Positions 9,661 through 17,170 of a stretch of DNA of 32,000 nt are shown here, one piece after another. Position 1 is the stretch's first letter, and each line of letters opens with the position of its first letter. The stretch covers positions 2,280,001 to 2,312,000 of the forward strand of contig NC_014729.1 of assembly GCF_000172995.2 (NCBI RefSeq), read 5' to 3'. A program made the translations under genes and the position numbers. Source of the DNA: Halogeometricum borinquense DSM 11551 (lineage in GTDB: Archaea; Halobacteriota; Halobacteria; Halobacteriales; Haloferacaceae). A model generated the notes under the pieces. It did not search any database and was not told the DNA's origin. It saw only the letters and a list, made by a program, of their open reading frames with translations.

Positions 9661-10716
9661 ATGGCCGAGTATGAGTTCGATTTCGAGTTGCTTCAGGAGT
9701 TGACCGAAACCAGCGGTGTGCCGGGGTACGAAGACCGTATCCGCGACATCGTCCGTCGAGAGTTGGAGGCACACACCGACAAGGTACAGACGGATGCAAT
9801 GGGTAACGTCGTCGGGACAATCGAGGGCACGTCGGACTACTCCGTGGCGGTGGCGGCGCACATGGACGAAATCGGCTTCATGGTTCGTCACGTCACCGAC
9901 GAGGGGTTCGTCCAGTTGGACGCTCTCGGTGGCTGGGACGCGCGCATCCTGAAAGCCCAACGGGTGCAGATACACACCGGGGCAGGCGACGTGACGGGCG
10001 TCATCGGGTCGCCGCCGCCGCACACGCTCTCTGAGGAGCAAAAAGAGAAAGACGACGAAGTGAAAGATCTGTACGTTGACATCGGTCTCGACGCCGAGAC
10101 GGCCAAAGAGACGGTCAACGTTGGAGACCTCGTGACGATGGAGCAGACCACTGTCGAGATGGGCGACCACGTCACGGGCAAGGCTCTCGACGACCGCATC
10201 TGCCTGTTCTCGATTCTGGAAGCCGCAAAGCGCGTCGAAGATCCCGACGTGACCGTCCACTTTGCGGCGACCGTCCAAGAGGAGGTCGGCCTCCGCGGAG
10301 CCACCGCACTCGGTGTAGACCTCAATCCGGATCTCGCTATCGCTCTGGACGTGACCGTGGCGAACGACGTGCCCGGCTTTGACGCGGGCGACCACGTCAC
10401 CGAACTTGGTGCGGGGACCGCGATCAAACTGAAAGACGGGAGTGTCATTACGAACCCGAAGGTGCATCGCCGCCTCCGCGACGTGGCCGAGTCCGAAGGT
10501 GTCGAATACCAGTATGAGGTCCTCCCCGCGGGCGGGACGGATACGGCTGGGTTTCAGAACACGCACGGCGCGAAGCCGGTCGGTGCGATCTCCATCCCGA
10601 CTCGGTACCTCCACACCGTAACCGAGAGCGCGCACGTGGCTGACGTAGACGCCACTATCGACCTCCTCGCGGCGTTCCTCGATACGGAGACCGGCGAGCA
10701 CGATTACACGCTCTAA
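9661..10716 (+). CDS. M42 family metallopeptidase (TET/FrvX-type aminopeptidase)
   Basis: 351 aa with motifs SGVPGYE, AAHMDEIGF, ALDDR, QEEVGLRGA, ALDVT, GGTD. Confidence 0.9.
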   Translation: MAEYEFDFELLQELTETSGVPGYEDRIRDIVRRELEAHTDKVQTDAMGNVVGTIEGTSDYSVAVAAHMDEIGFMVRHVTDEGFVQLDALGGWDARILKAQRVQIHTGAGDVTGVIGSPPPHTLSEEQKEKDDEVKDLYVDIGLDAETAKETVNVGDLVTMEQTTVEMGDHVTGKALDDRICLFSILEAAKRVEDPDVTVHFAATVQEEVGLRGATALGVDLNPDLAIALDVTVANDVPGFDAGDHVTELGAGTAIKLKDGSVITNPKVHRRLRDVAESEGVEYQYEVLPAGGTDTAGFQNTHGAKPVGAISIPTRYLHTVTESAHVADVDATIDLLAAFLDTETGEHDYTL

Positions 10717-10750
10717 CCGCGCCGCGTCTATCGGTTCTCGGGCGGCGCGG
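10717..10750 (+). terminator. Perfect 9-bp GC hairpin directly abutting the M42 stop codon
   Basis: ccgcgccgc (10717-10725) pairs perfectly with gcggcgcgg (10742-10750), with a 16-nt loop. It starts one nt after TAA (10714-10716). No T-run follows. Confidence 0.35.
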
Positions 10751-10801
10751 GCTGAACTGGAAACCAAAGTATTCACTACAGCGGACACCCAACCGCCGAA
10801 C

Positions 10802-11476
10802 ATGACTGACGGCAACGCGGAGATGTCCCGTCGTGCCTTCCTCACGACTGCGGCAGGGACTGCGGCAGTCGCGGGCGCGACCGGGGCCGCCGCGGCGCAG
10901 GAGACGGGGACGGGTACCAGTACCGGTAACAGCACTGCGGCGGGCAACAGTACCGCAACGGGCAACAGCACCGCAACGGGTACTCCCACGGGTACCAGCG
11001 GTGAGTCCGGTAGCGGTGGCGGTGGCGGTGGTGGCGGCGCCACAAAGACCGTTACCGTCGGCCCGGACGGTGATCTCGTGTTCTCACCGGGAACCAACGA
11101 AGCGCTTCAGGTCACGCCCGGAACGACGGTGAAGTTCGTCTGGGAGTCTGACAACCACAACATCGTCGTCGATAGTCAACCCGACGGCGCGAGTTGGAAG
11201 GGACACGAATCCATCGAGAACTCCGGCTTTACCTACAAGCACACGTTCGAGACGCTCGGTGAGTACGAGTACTTCTGCCAACCGCACAAATCCGCAGGCA
11301 TGGTCGGCACCATCGAAGTCGTCGAATCGATCTCGACGCCCGAACCCGCAAACGTTCCGTCGGTGCCGGACTCCGCGAAGACGCTCGGTATCGCTACGAC
11401 GTTCGCGATGGTTTCGACGCTCGGACTGGCGTTCTTCTTCCTGAAGTACGGCGGCGACTACGAGATCGAAGAATAG
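10802..11476 (+). CDS. Halocyanin (type-1 blue copper protein), Tat signal, glycosylation-sequon linker, C-terminal TM anchor
   Basis: Twin-arginine signal MSRRAFLTTAAG. Linker (GNSTA[AT])x3 followed by G8. Cupredoxin ligand contexts DNHNIV, YFCQPH, GMVG. C-terminal hydrophobic segment LGIATTFAMVSTLGLAFFFL. The start could instead be the second ATG at 10823. Confidence 0.9.
   Translation: MTDGNAEMSRRAFLTTAAGTAAVAGATGAAAAQETGTGTSTGNSTAAGNSTATGNSTATGTPTGTSGESGSGGGGGGGGATKTVTVGPDGDLVFSPGTNEALQVTPGTTVKFVWESDNHNIVVDSQPDGASWKGHESIENSGFTYKHTFETLGEYEYFCQPHKSAGMVGTIEVVESISTPEPANVPSVPDSAKTLGIATTFAMVSTLGLAFFFLKYGGDYEIEE
10925..10978 (+). repeat. 3 x 18-bp in-frame tandem repeat encoding GNSTA(A/T)
   Basis: ggtaacagcactgcggcg / ggcaacagtaccgcaacg / ggcaacagcaccgcaacg. 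Each unit carries an N-X-S/T sequon. Confidence 0.9.
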
Positions 11477-11488
11477 TCGGTTCGCATC

Positions 11489-11494
11489 TTTTTT
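11489..11494 (+). terminator. T6 run 13 nt after the halocyanin stop (archaeal oligo-T terminator)
   Basis: The sequence reads TAG (11474-11476) tcggttcgcatc TTTTTT cggg. Confidence 0.5.
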
Positions 11495-11590
11495 CGGGTT
11501 CCGTTCGCGGAGACGACAGAGAGCTGTTTGCTCACACGTTCGTAATCTCGTCGTATCTCACCGTCAGACCCGAGTTGAGCCACGGTCCGC

Positions 11591-12655
11591 TCAGAACCAG
11601 CCGTAGTCCTCGATGGCGTCCGCGTAGATATCCTCGTAGCGTCGGAGTACGTCATCGTGATCGAACGATGCGAACTCCTCGTTGATCGACTCTTGGGAGT
11701 ACCCCGCGGCGGCCGAAATCTCGTCTGCGAGTTCCTGGGGACTCGTGACGCGCGCGCCGCGGTCACAGTTGACGACGAGTTCGTGCGCGCTGGAGCGTGC
11801 CTGATATTCGACGATGCCGACGCATCCTGAGGCAAGCGCCCAGAGCAGGTCGTTGGCGAACGGTTCGACGGCGGCGGTCTGCGCGAAGACGTGCGCGCCC
11901 TTCATGATGGGAACGAACTCTTCGGGCGGTAACTCTCCGAGGAACTCCACCCGGTCGTCGATGCGGAGGTCCGCGGCCGTCTGTTCGGCCTCGGCGCGTT
12001 CCGGCCCGTCGCCGATGACGGCCGCCCGCCAGTCTTTGTCGCGGAGTTCCGCGAGTGCGAGGAAGAACGACTCGACGTTGGCGTACTGGTCGAGGTGCCG
12101 CGAGTAGAGAATGTCCGCCCTGTCGTCGGCCTCGGCCTCGCGCACCAACTCGAAGTCGATCGATTCGGGAACGACGCGGACCGCCTCCTCGGACGCGCCG
12201 TACTCTCGAACGTCGGTCTTGACCATCTGCGAGGGAGCGATAACGCGTTTCGGCCCGCGGGCCGCGCGCTTGCACGCACTGCTTGAGTCGCCCTCGCGTT
12301 CGGCCCACCAATCAACGACGACCGGAACGCGGAGAAAGCGCGCCGCCGTCTTCGCGCCGGTCACTTGCGTCGGCGGACTGTTCGTCGCGTGAATCACGTC
12401 CGGCTTGACGCGGCGAAGTGCGAACGGTACCTTGGAGGCGAACTTCGGCGCAGACGGCGTCTCTGTGACGCGAATGTAGTTTACGTCGTTCTGCTCGAAC
12501 TCGGGAACTTCACCCTCCCACCACTGCGCGCAGAGGACGGACACGTCGTGGCCGCTCGCGGCGAGGCGTTCTGACACCCGTCGCATCCGTCTCGTGGCAC
12601 CGTCTGCTCGGAGTTGTTCGGTGTACATCGAGACGAACGCGATTCGCATACGCAT
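11591..12655 (-). CDS. GT4-type glycosyltransferase (GT-B fold)
   Basis: 354 aa, with MRIAFVSMY...GATRRM...LAASGHDVSVL at the N-terminus. The C-terminal nucleotide-sugar domain has an EX7E-like segment that reads EPFANDLLW. The start could be 12655 or 12649. Confidence 0.8.
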   Translation of the reverse strand: MRMRIAFVSMYTEQLRADGATRRMRRVSERLAASGHDVSVLCAQWWEGEVPEFEQNDVNYIRVTETPSAPKFASKVPFALRRVKPDVIHATNSPPTQVTGAKTAARFLRVPVVVDWWAEREGDSSSACKRAARGPKRVIAPSQMVKTDVREYGASEEAVRVVPESIDFELVREAEADDRADILYSRHLDQYANVESFFLALAELRDKDWRAAVIGDGPERAEAEQTAADLRIDDRVEFLGELPPEEFVPIMKGAHVFAQTAAVEPFANDLLWALASGCVGIVEYQARSSAHELVVNCDRGARVTSPQELADEISAAAGYSQESINEEFASFDHDDVLRRYEDIYADAIEDYGWF

Positions 12656-12935
12656 CGGCTTGCGACCGGACGATAAAAATCCTCAACATTTGCTCGTCCG
12701 ACAAGGTGAACAGAGTCGGAAAATTTCGGGTCGAAACGGCTGATCGACAGCGAAAGATGTCATTTGTTTCAAGTAAAAGCGCGGTCAAGTCGTACAATCT
12801 CGAATCTGTCTCATTACGTTCGTTCTCACCGTCGGACTCCCCGGGGTGACACGAGCGAGTTGGATTGACCTCCTCCCGCGCCTAAAGACGCGGGTATGCG
12901 CTCGCACTATGCACCAGAACTCGTGAACGCCCAGA

Positions 12936-13562
12936 CTATAACGGCGCAGCAACGAGTGCGGCCGCCGCCGACGCGCTGTACTCCCAACTGAAGACGTGGT
13001 TGAGAAGCAAGTAAGTGATGACGCCGAGGCTCAACGAGAGTAACCACGAGCCAGCAGCGAGACGACCCACTTTCAGGTGCGGCGTCTCGCGGCGGAGTTC
13101 TGTCGGCGAGTGCGTGAGACCGAGGACGAGCGCGTACAGCACCACCGGCACCGCGACGATAGAGAGGATGATGTGTATCGCCAGCATCGCCAAGTAGGGG
13201 TAGTACGCGAACCACGGGGCGACCATCTTCTTCGTGCCACCCCCGCCGATTTTGGCGAGGTACATCACGAGGAAGACGAGGATGAGGGCGAACGACGTGA
13301 CCATCGCAGTAGCGTGCTTTTTCACTTCGTCACGGCGGATCCAGCGCCATCCGGCGGCGATGACGATGACGTTCACCGCATTGACGGCGGCGATAGCGTC
13401 CGAAAGCAGATTCACCTGTGAGAGCGAGAGTTCCGGGAACACCGATCCCGGGACGAAACCGAGGAACGTCCCGATAACGAGGGCGTAGCCGACGATTGAG
13501 AGAACCACGGTGGCGGCTAACGGATGCTCTTTCAGCGGGTTATCGGCGCTCGCAGTTGCCAT
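12936..13562 (-). CDS. DUF420 family membrane protein (CtaM/YozB-like)
   Basis: ORF 12936..13751 trimmed to the ATG at 13562 (MATASADNPLKEHPLAATVVL...). About four or five hydrophobic helices. The upstream 63 codons are basic and not protein-like. Confidence 0.75.
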   Translation of the reverse strand: MATASADNPLKEHPLAATVVLSIVGYALVIGTFLGFVPGSVFPELSLSQVNLLSDAIAAVNAVNVIVIAAGWRWIRRDEVKKHATAMVTSFALILVFLVMYLAKIGGGGTKKMVAPWFAYYPYLAMLAIHIILSIVAVPVVLYALVLGLTHSPTELRRETPHLKVGRLAAGSWLLSLSLGVITYLLLNHVFSWEYSASAAAALVAAPL

Positions 13563-13596
13563 AGCGGTCTTTCGGAAGCTCCCGTCTTCCCTCTTC

Positions 13597-13630
13597 GGAT
13601 TCAGGACGCGGATTCGGGATTCGGACGCGG
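13597..13630 (-). repeat. Cluster of GGATTC(N)GGACGCGG direct repeats in the egsA-DUF420 spacer
   Basis: ggattcaggacgcgg (13597-13611) and ggattcggacgcgg (13617-13630), with a third GGATTC at 13610. gattcggac (13618-13626) has a perfect inverted partner gtccgaatc (13676-13684). Confidence 0.6.
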
Positions 13631-13759
13631 TGGCAGTACGGTACCGACTCCGTCCTGTATGCGAGTGAGACAGAAGTCCGAATCTCGTGAGATGATGTTG
13701 GGCCAGCCATTTTGTGACGAGTGGTGTGCCGGCGACGCACCGAGTGTGCAAACGGTGGA

Positions 13760-14806
13760 TTAGATGACGCCGGTGAACGTCGCCGCCTCGCGGGCGGCCT
13801 CCTCGCTCACACCGTCGCCGAGGATGGTGTATCGGTCACGAATCGTGTGTGCCGTCGTGAGCGCTTCCAGTACCGTCTCGGCGTCGATTCCGAGTTCAGC
13901 TGCTGTCGTCGGGGCACCAACCTCGTCGAGTGCGTTGCGGATGTCGCGCCACTCGCCTTTCTCACCGCTGTGGAGGTACTCGATGACGATCGAGCCGACC
14001 CCAACTTGGTGACCGTGGAGGGCGCGTCCGGGTACGAGTCGGTCGAGTTGGTGGCTGAACAGATGTTCTGCGCCCGAGGCGGGCCGGGAGCTGTCGGCGA
14101 TGGACATCGCCACGCCCGAGGAGAGGAGCGCTTTCACGACGACCCACGCAGACTCTTCGAGATTGGGTTTGATCGATTCGGCGTTGTCCACGAGCATCTC
14201 CGCAGTCATCTGCGAGAGCGCGCCAGCGTACTCGGAATATTCGGCATTCTTCAATCGGTGTGCGAGTTGCCAGTCTTTCACCGCGGTGTAGTTCGAGATG
14301 ATGTCGGCACAGCCCGCGGTGGTGAGTTCCCACGGAGCCTCCGCGAGGATAGTCGTGTCGGCGACGACGGCTAACGGCGGGTCGGCGGCGACGGAGTGGC
14401 GCGTATCTCCCTCAGGAATCGATGACCGGCCCGAGACGATACCATCGTGACTCGCCGCCGTCGGGACGGAGACGAAGCCACAGTCGAGGCTGTCGGAGGC
14501 CATCTTCGCGGTGTCGATGACCTTCCCACCGCCGAGAGCGATCAGATAGCCCGCGTCGGCCGCCTCCGCGGCATCGACGACGCGTTCGACCGACTCGAAA
14601 CTCGCCGTCTCGATGGTGACGGAAGCGATATCGTCGAACTGCGTGCGCACCGCGTCGCCCGCGATGTCGTTCGGGGTCGGACTCGTAACCAAGAACGGCC
14701 GTCCCGTCAGGTAGAGTTCGTCCACCGCATCGGCGAGTTCGTCGACGACGCCGTGTCCCATGAGGACATTCCGCGGGAGCTGAATCCACGTCGACTTATC
14801 GAACAT
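13760..14806 (-). CDS. egsA: sn-glycerol-1-phosphate dehydrogenase [NAD(P)+]
   Basis: 348 aa. It starts MFDKSTWIQLPRNVLMGHGV, has ALGGGKVIDTAKM, and has the iron-ADH-like fold pattern typical of archaeal G1PDH. Confidence 0.9.
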   Translation of the reverse strand: MFDKSTWIQLPRNVLMGHGVVDELADAVDELYLTGRPFLVTSPTPNDIAGDAVRTQFDDIASVTIETASFESVERVVDAAEAADAGYLIALGGGKVIDTAKMASDSLDCGFVSVPTAASHDGIVSGRSSIPEGDTRHSVAADPPLAVVADTTILAEAPWELTTAGCADIISNYTAVKDWQLAHRLKNAEYSEYAGALSQMTAEMLVDNAESIKPNLEESAWVVVKALLSSGVAMSIADSSRPASGAEHLFSHQLDRLVPGRALHGHQVGVGSIVIEYLHSGEKGEWRDIRNALDEVGAPTTAAELGIDAETVLEALTTAHTIRDRYTILGDGVSEEAAREAATFTGVI

Positions 14807-14912
14807 AGTCGAATCTCCCGTCCGCCGGGTGAAAGGGTTAGTGTTTCAGCGTCCAGAGTGCGGTTAGACCTGTTTGTCTGCGGTCATCTCGGGTGAGAGA
14901 GTCATCGGCGGT

Positions 14913-15665
14913 TCAGAACGGGACGAACGTGTTGACCGCCCGCGAGAGAAACATCAGCCCGAACCCTGCGAGAACGAGTGCGCTGCCACCGGCTACGACG
15001 GGGGCCAGTTTGTTCACGCGGCGTTCGGCACCGACGAGTGCTGCCGGGAAACCCGACGCCCAAATGAGAATGCCACCGAAGAAGCCGATAACGAGCGACG
15101 GCGACCCGGTCTGGACGACGAGAGTGCCAGTCAGCGATGCGCCGACGTACGGTATCTCCGCCAGAACATCCAGCGTTCCCGGATCTAACATCTTCACACC
15201 GATGGTGATCCAGAACAGAATCTGGTAGGGGTTCGTGAGCGCGAGCACGAACGCCTTCGTGAACCCGGTCCCTGTCGGTCGCTCACTCGGATTATTTGGC
15301 TGATCAGTCGGATCGTTTGATTGCTCACCCGGATCGTTTGGTCGGTCAGACGAGTCGTCGGGTTGGAACGAGGACTGTGCGTCCTGTACGGCACCGTAGG
15401 CGAAGTACAGCAGTAGCACGCCGCCGACACCCATCATGACGGCGTGGAGCGTGGGGGACCCTTGGAGGAACGTCACGACACCGAGCGCCGCGAGGACGAA
15501 GAAGATAGCGTCAGCACTCATCGCACCAAGACCGGCTTTGAACCCTGCAAGCCAGCCGTGAATGACGCTCTCTTCGGCGATGATCGCGTTCATCGGTCCG
15601 GGTGGGGCAGCTAAGGCGAGTCCGAAGATACTGCCCACGAGGAGGGTGACGACGATACTAAGCAC
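14913..15665 (-). CDS. LysE/RhtB family amino-acid exporter with an acidic/proline repeat insert
   Basis: 250 aa with N-terminal LALAAPPGPMN and C-terminal LTNPYQILFW motifs. The central loop holds the heptad repeats SDRPNDP GEQSNDP TDQPNNP SERPTGT. Confidence 0.8.
   Translation of the reverse strand: MLSIVVTLLVGSIFGLALAAPPGPMNAIIAEESVIHGWLAGFKAGLGAMSADAIFFVLAALGVVTFLQGSPTLHAVMMGVGGVLLLYFAYGAVQDAQSSFQPDDSSDRPNDPGEQSNDPTDQPNNPSERPTGTGFTKAFVLALTNPYQILFWITIGVKMLDPGTLDVLAEIPYVGASLTGTLVVQTGSPSLVIGFFGGILIWASGFPAALVGAERRVNKLAPVVAGGSALVLAGFGLMFLSRAVNTFVPF
15267..15350 (-). repeat. 21-bp in-frame tandem repeat (3 clear copies plus 1 degenerate) inside the LysE gene
   Basis: Plus strand: cggattatttggctgatcagt (15288-15308), cggatcgtttgattgctcacc (15309-15329), cggatcgtttggtcggtcaga (15330-15350). 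A degenerate copy lies at 15267-15287. Confidence 0.85.
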
Positions 15666-15724
15666 GTACAGTCAGCGGAACGAGAAGCGGATAAATCAAC
15701 CGAAAGGAGTCACTCACGCCGGAA

Positions 15725-16432
15725 CTACGCCACGCCGAGACCGGCAGCAACCGCTTTGACGGCCGACTCCCAGACGGAGACGTTCATCGTCATCTGCAAC
15801 ACCGTGTCGAGGCCGAAAAAGCAGAACAGCGCGGCCGAGAGCAGGTGTACCTTCCGCATATCGAATCGATGCGAGAACTTGTGGAACAGATACGCGTTGG
15901 CGAGGCTCACGGGGATGATAGCGAGCATCTCTCCGAACCAGATGGCCGAGGTGGCCCCGTAGTCGATTGCCAGTCCGATAGTGACCATCTGCGTCTTGTC
16001 ACCGAACTCTCCGGCAGCCATCATCACGAAGATGGGGATGAACCCACCGAACGACCCCGAAAGACGGGTGAGTGGACCGGGCAAGTCCGCCTGATCCGCC
16101 GGATCTGCGAACCCGCCGTCCGTCTCGGTGGCGGACTGATGGGATGGTTCGTTCGAGTCGGGTGCCGACCGGTAGAGAAGGACGGCGAACGTCAGGAACA
16201 ACGCCGCAGTGATCGCGTTGAGAGCGATGGGTGGCAAAGCCGACCGAATCGCCTGTCCGAACAGAATCTCCAGCGCGGTCCACCCGGCAAACGCTGATCC
16301 CGCCGCGGCGACGACGACGAGGGGGTTGTACCGCGTCGAGAGGCCGGCGATGATGAACTGCACCTTCTCGCCCGGGAGTACCGCCAACTGGTAGACGAAC
16401 GCGATGACCAGAATTTCGAGATAGCCGGTCAC
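15725..16432 (-). CDS. UPF0016 (GDT1/TMEM165/MneA-type) cation transporter, two-repeat form
   Basis: 235 aa. The second repeat has the canonical EFGDKTQ (15989-16009). The first repeat reads LPGEKVQ (16358-16378). The GTG start overlaps the sirR TGA stop (GTGA, 16429-16432). Confidence 0.8.
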   Translation of the reverse strand: MTGYLEILVIAFVYQLAVLPGEKVQFIIAGLSTRYNPLVVVAAAGSAFAGWTALEILFGQAIRSALPPIALNAITAALFLTFAVLLYRSAPDSNEPSHQSATETDGGFADPADQADLPGPLTRLSGSFGGFIPIFVMMAAGEFGDKTQMVTIGLAIDYGATSAIWFGEMLAIIPVSLANAYLFHKFSHRFDMRKVHLLSAALFCFFGLDTVLQMTMNVSVWESAVKAVAAGLGVA

Positions 16433-17148
16433 GTCGATGCCTCGCCGTTCTCACCGTTCGCTTCGTCGTTCGCACCGTCGGCGTCCTCGTCAACCGGTTT
16501 GACGCGAATCGAGGCCGCAACTGACTCGGGAAGGCTCTGTTCGCCGTCGTCCTCGGTCCGGACGGTGACCATACCGAACGGGGCCACGTCAACGACTTCG
16601 AGTTTGGTCCCCGGTGTGACACCGGCATCAGCGAGATACTCTAATTCCTCCTCGTCTCGGTCGCTGACGCGCGTCACGACCACGTGATCGCCGACAGGGT
16701 GGTCACTCAGTGTCTCCGTGTCGTCGTATTCGAGGGGCGTGAGATCGGCCGAGGGAATCGGGTCACCGTGCGGATCCACCGTCGGATTCCCGAGCGCTTC
16801 CGCAACGCGGCGCTCGAACTCTTCGCTGATGTGGTGTTCGAGTGCGTCCGCTTCGTCGTGGACTTCGCTCCACGAGTAGTCGAGATGTTCCGCGAGATAG
16901 GCTTCGAGGAGGCGATGGTGACGAAGCACTTCCAGTGCCACCGTCTCGCCCTCCTCGGTCAACTCGACGCCCTTGTATTTCTCGCGGTTCACGAGTCCGC
17001 GCTCTTCGAGCTTCCCGAGCATGCTCGTCACCGTCGGCGGCGTCTTGCCGAGATACTCCGCAATGGCAGAAGTAGAGACGGGTGGGCCGGATGTCGCCTG
17101 AATCTGATAGATGGCCTTCAAGTAGTCCTCCATCACGTCGCTCAACAT
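16429..17148 (-). CDS. sirR: DtxR/MntR-family metal-dependent transcriptional regulator (SirR-like) with FeoA/SH3-like domain and acidic tail
   Basis: 239 aa. It starts MLSDVMEDYLKAIYQIQ and has a wHTH (TSAIAEYLGKTPPTVTSMLGKL), a dimerisation/metal domain (LRHHRLLEAYL...HDEADALEH) and a C-terminal FeoA-like domain. Confidence 0.85.
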   Translation of the reverse strand: MLSDVMEDYLKAIYQIQATSGPPVSTSAIAEYLGKTPPTVTSMLGKLEERGLVNREKYKGVELTEEGETVALEVLRHHRLLEAYLAEHLDYSWSEVHDEADALEHHISEEFERRVAEALGNPTVDPHGDPIPSADLTPLEYDDTETLSDHPVGDHVVVTRVSDRDEEELEYLADAGVTPGTKLEVVDVAPFGMVTVRTEDDGEQSLPESVAASIRVKPVDEDADGANDEANGENGEAST

Positions 17149-17156
17149 ATTCCGAA

Positions 17157-17170
17157 TTAGACGAGTCTAA
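17157..17170 (-). promoter_or_regulatory. Perfect palindrome TTAGAC-GA-GTCTAA in the sirR promoter (candidate DtxR-type operator)
   Basis: It lies 9-22 nt upstream of the sirR ATG (17148). It is flanked upstream, in the gene's sense, by the T-rich TATA-like ggTTTTTCTTTTA. The TTAG...CTAA termini resemble the DtxR-family operator consensus. Confidence 0.5.

Noticed and set aside
10756-10764. actggaaac, reminiscent of the haloarchaeal origin-recognition-box core (…CAGTGGAAAC…)
   Set aside because: It is a single partial match. There are no inverted ORB pairs, no AT-rich unwinding element and no orc/cdc6 gene in the window.
9490-11097. 535-aa minus-strand ORF spanning the M42 gene, the intergenic spacer and the halocyanin 5' end
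   Set aside because: It is antisense to two strongly supported genes. The poly-Pro and PVAVLL repeats are just the complement of the halocyanin G8 and GNSTAT repeats. There are no domain-like motifs.
12757-12849. 30-aa ORF (MSFVSSKSAVKSYNLESV...) in the 280-nt spacer upstream of the glycosyltransferase gene
   Set aside because: It lies in AT-rich promoter-like DNA, has a Ser/Lys-rich non-acidic composition and shows no supporting signal.
14864-14880. TTAGAC-ctgttt-GTCTG upstream of egsA, resembling the sirR palindrome arms
   Set aside because: The spacer is 6 nt rather than 2. Only 4-5 bp of each arm are complementary. The site is 58-74 nt from the egsA start and nothing else supports it.
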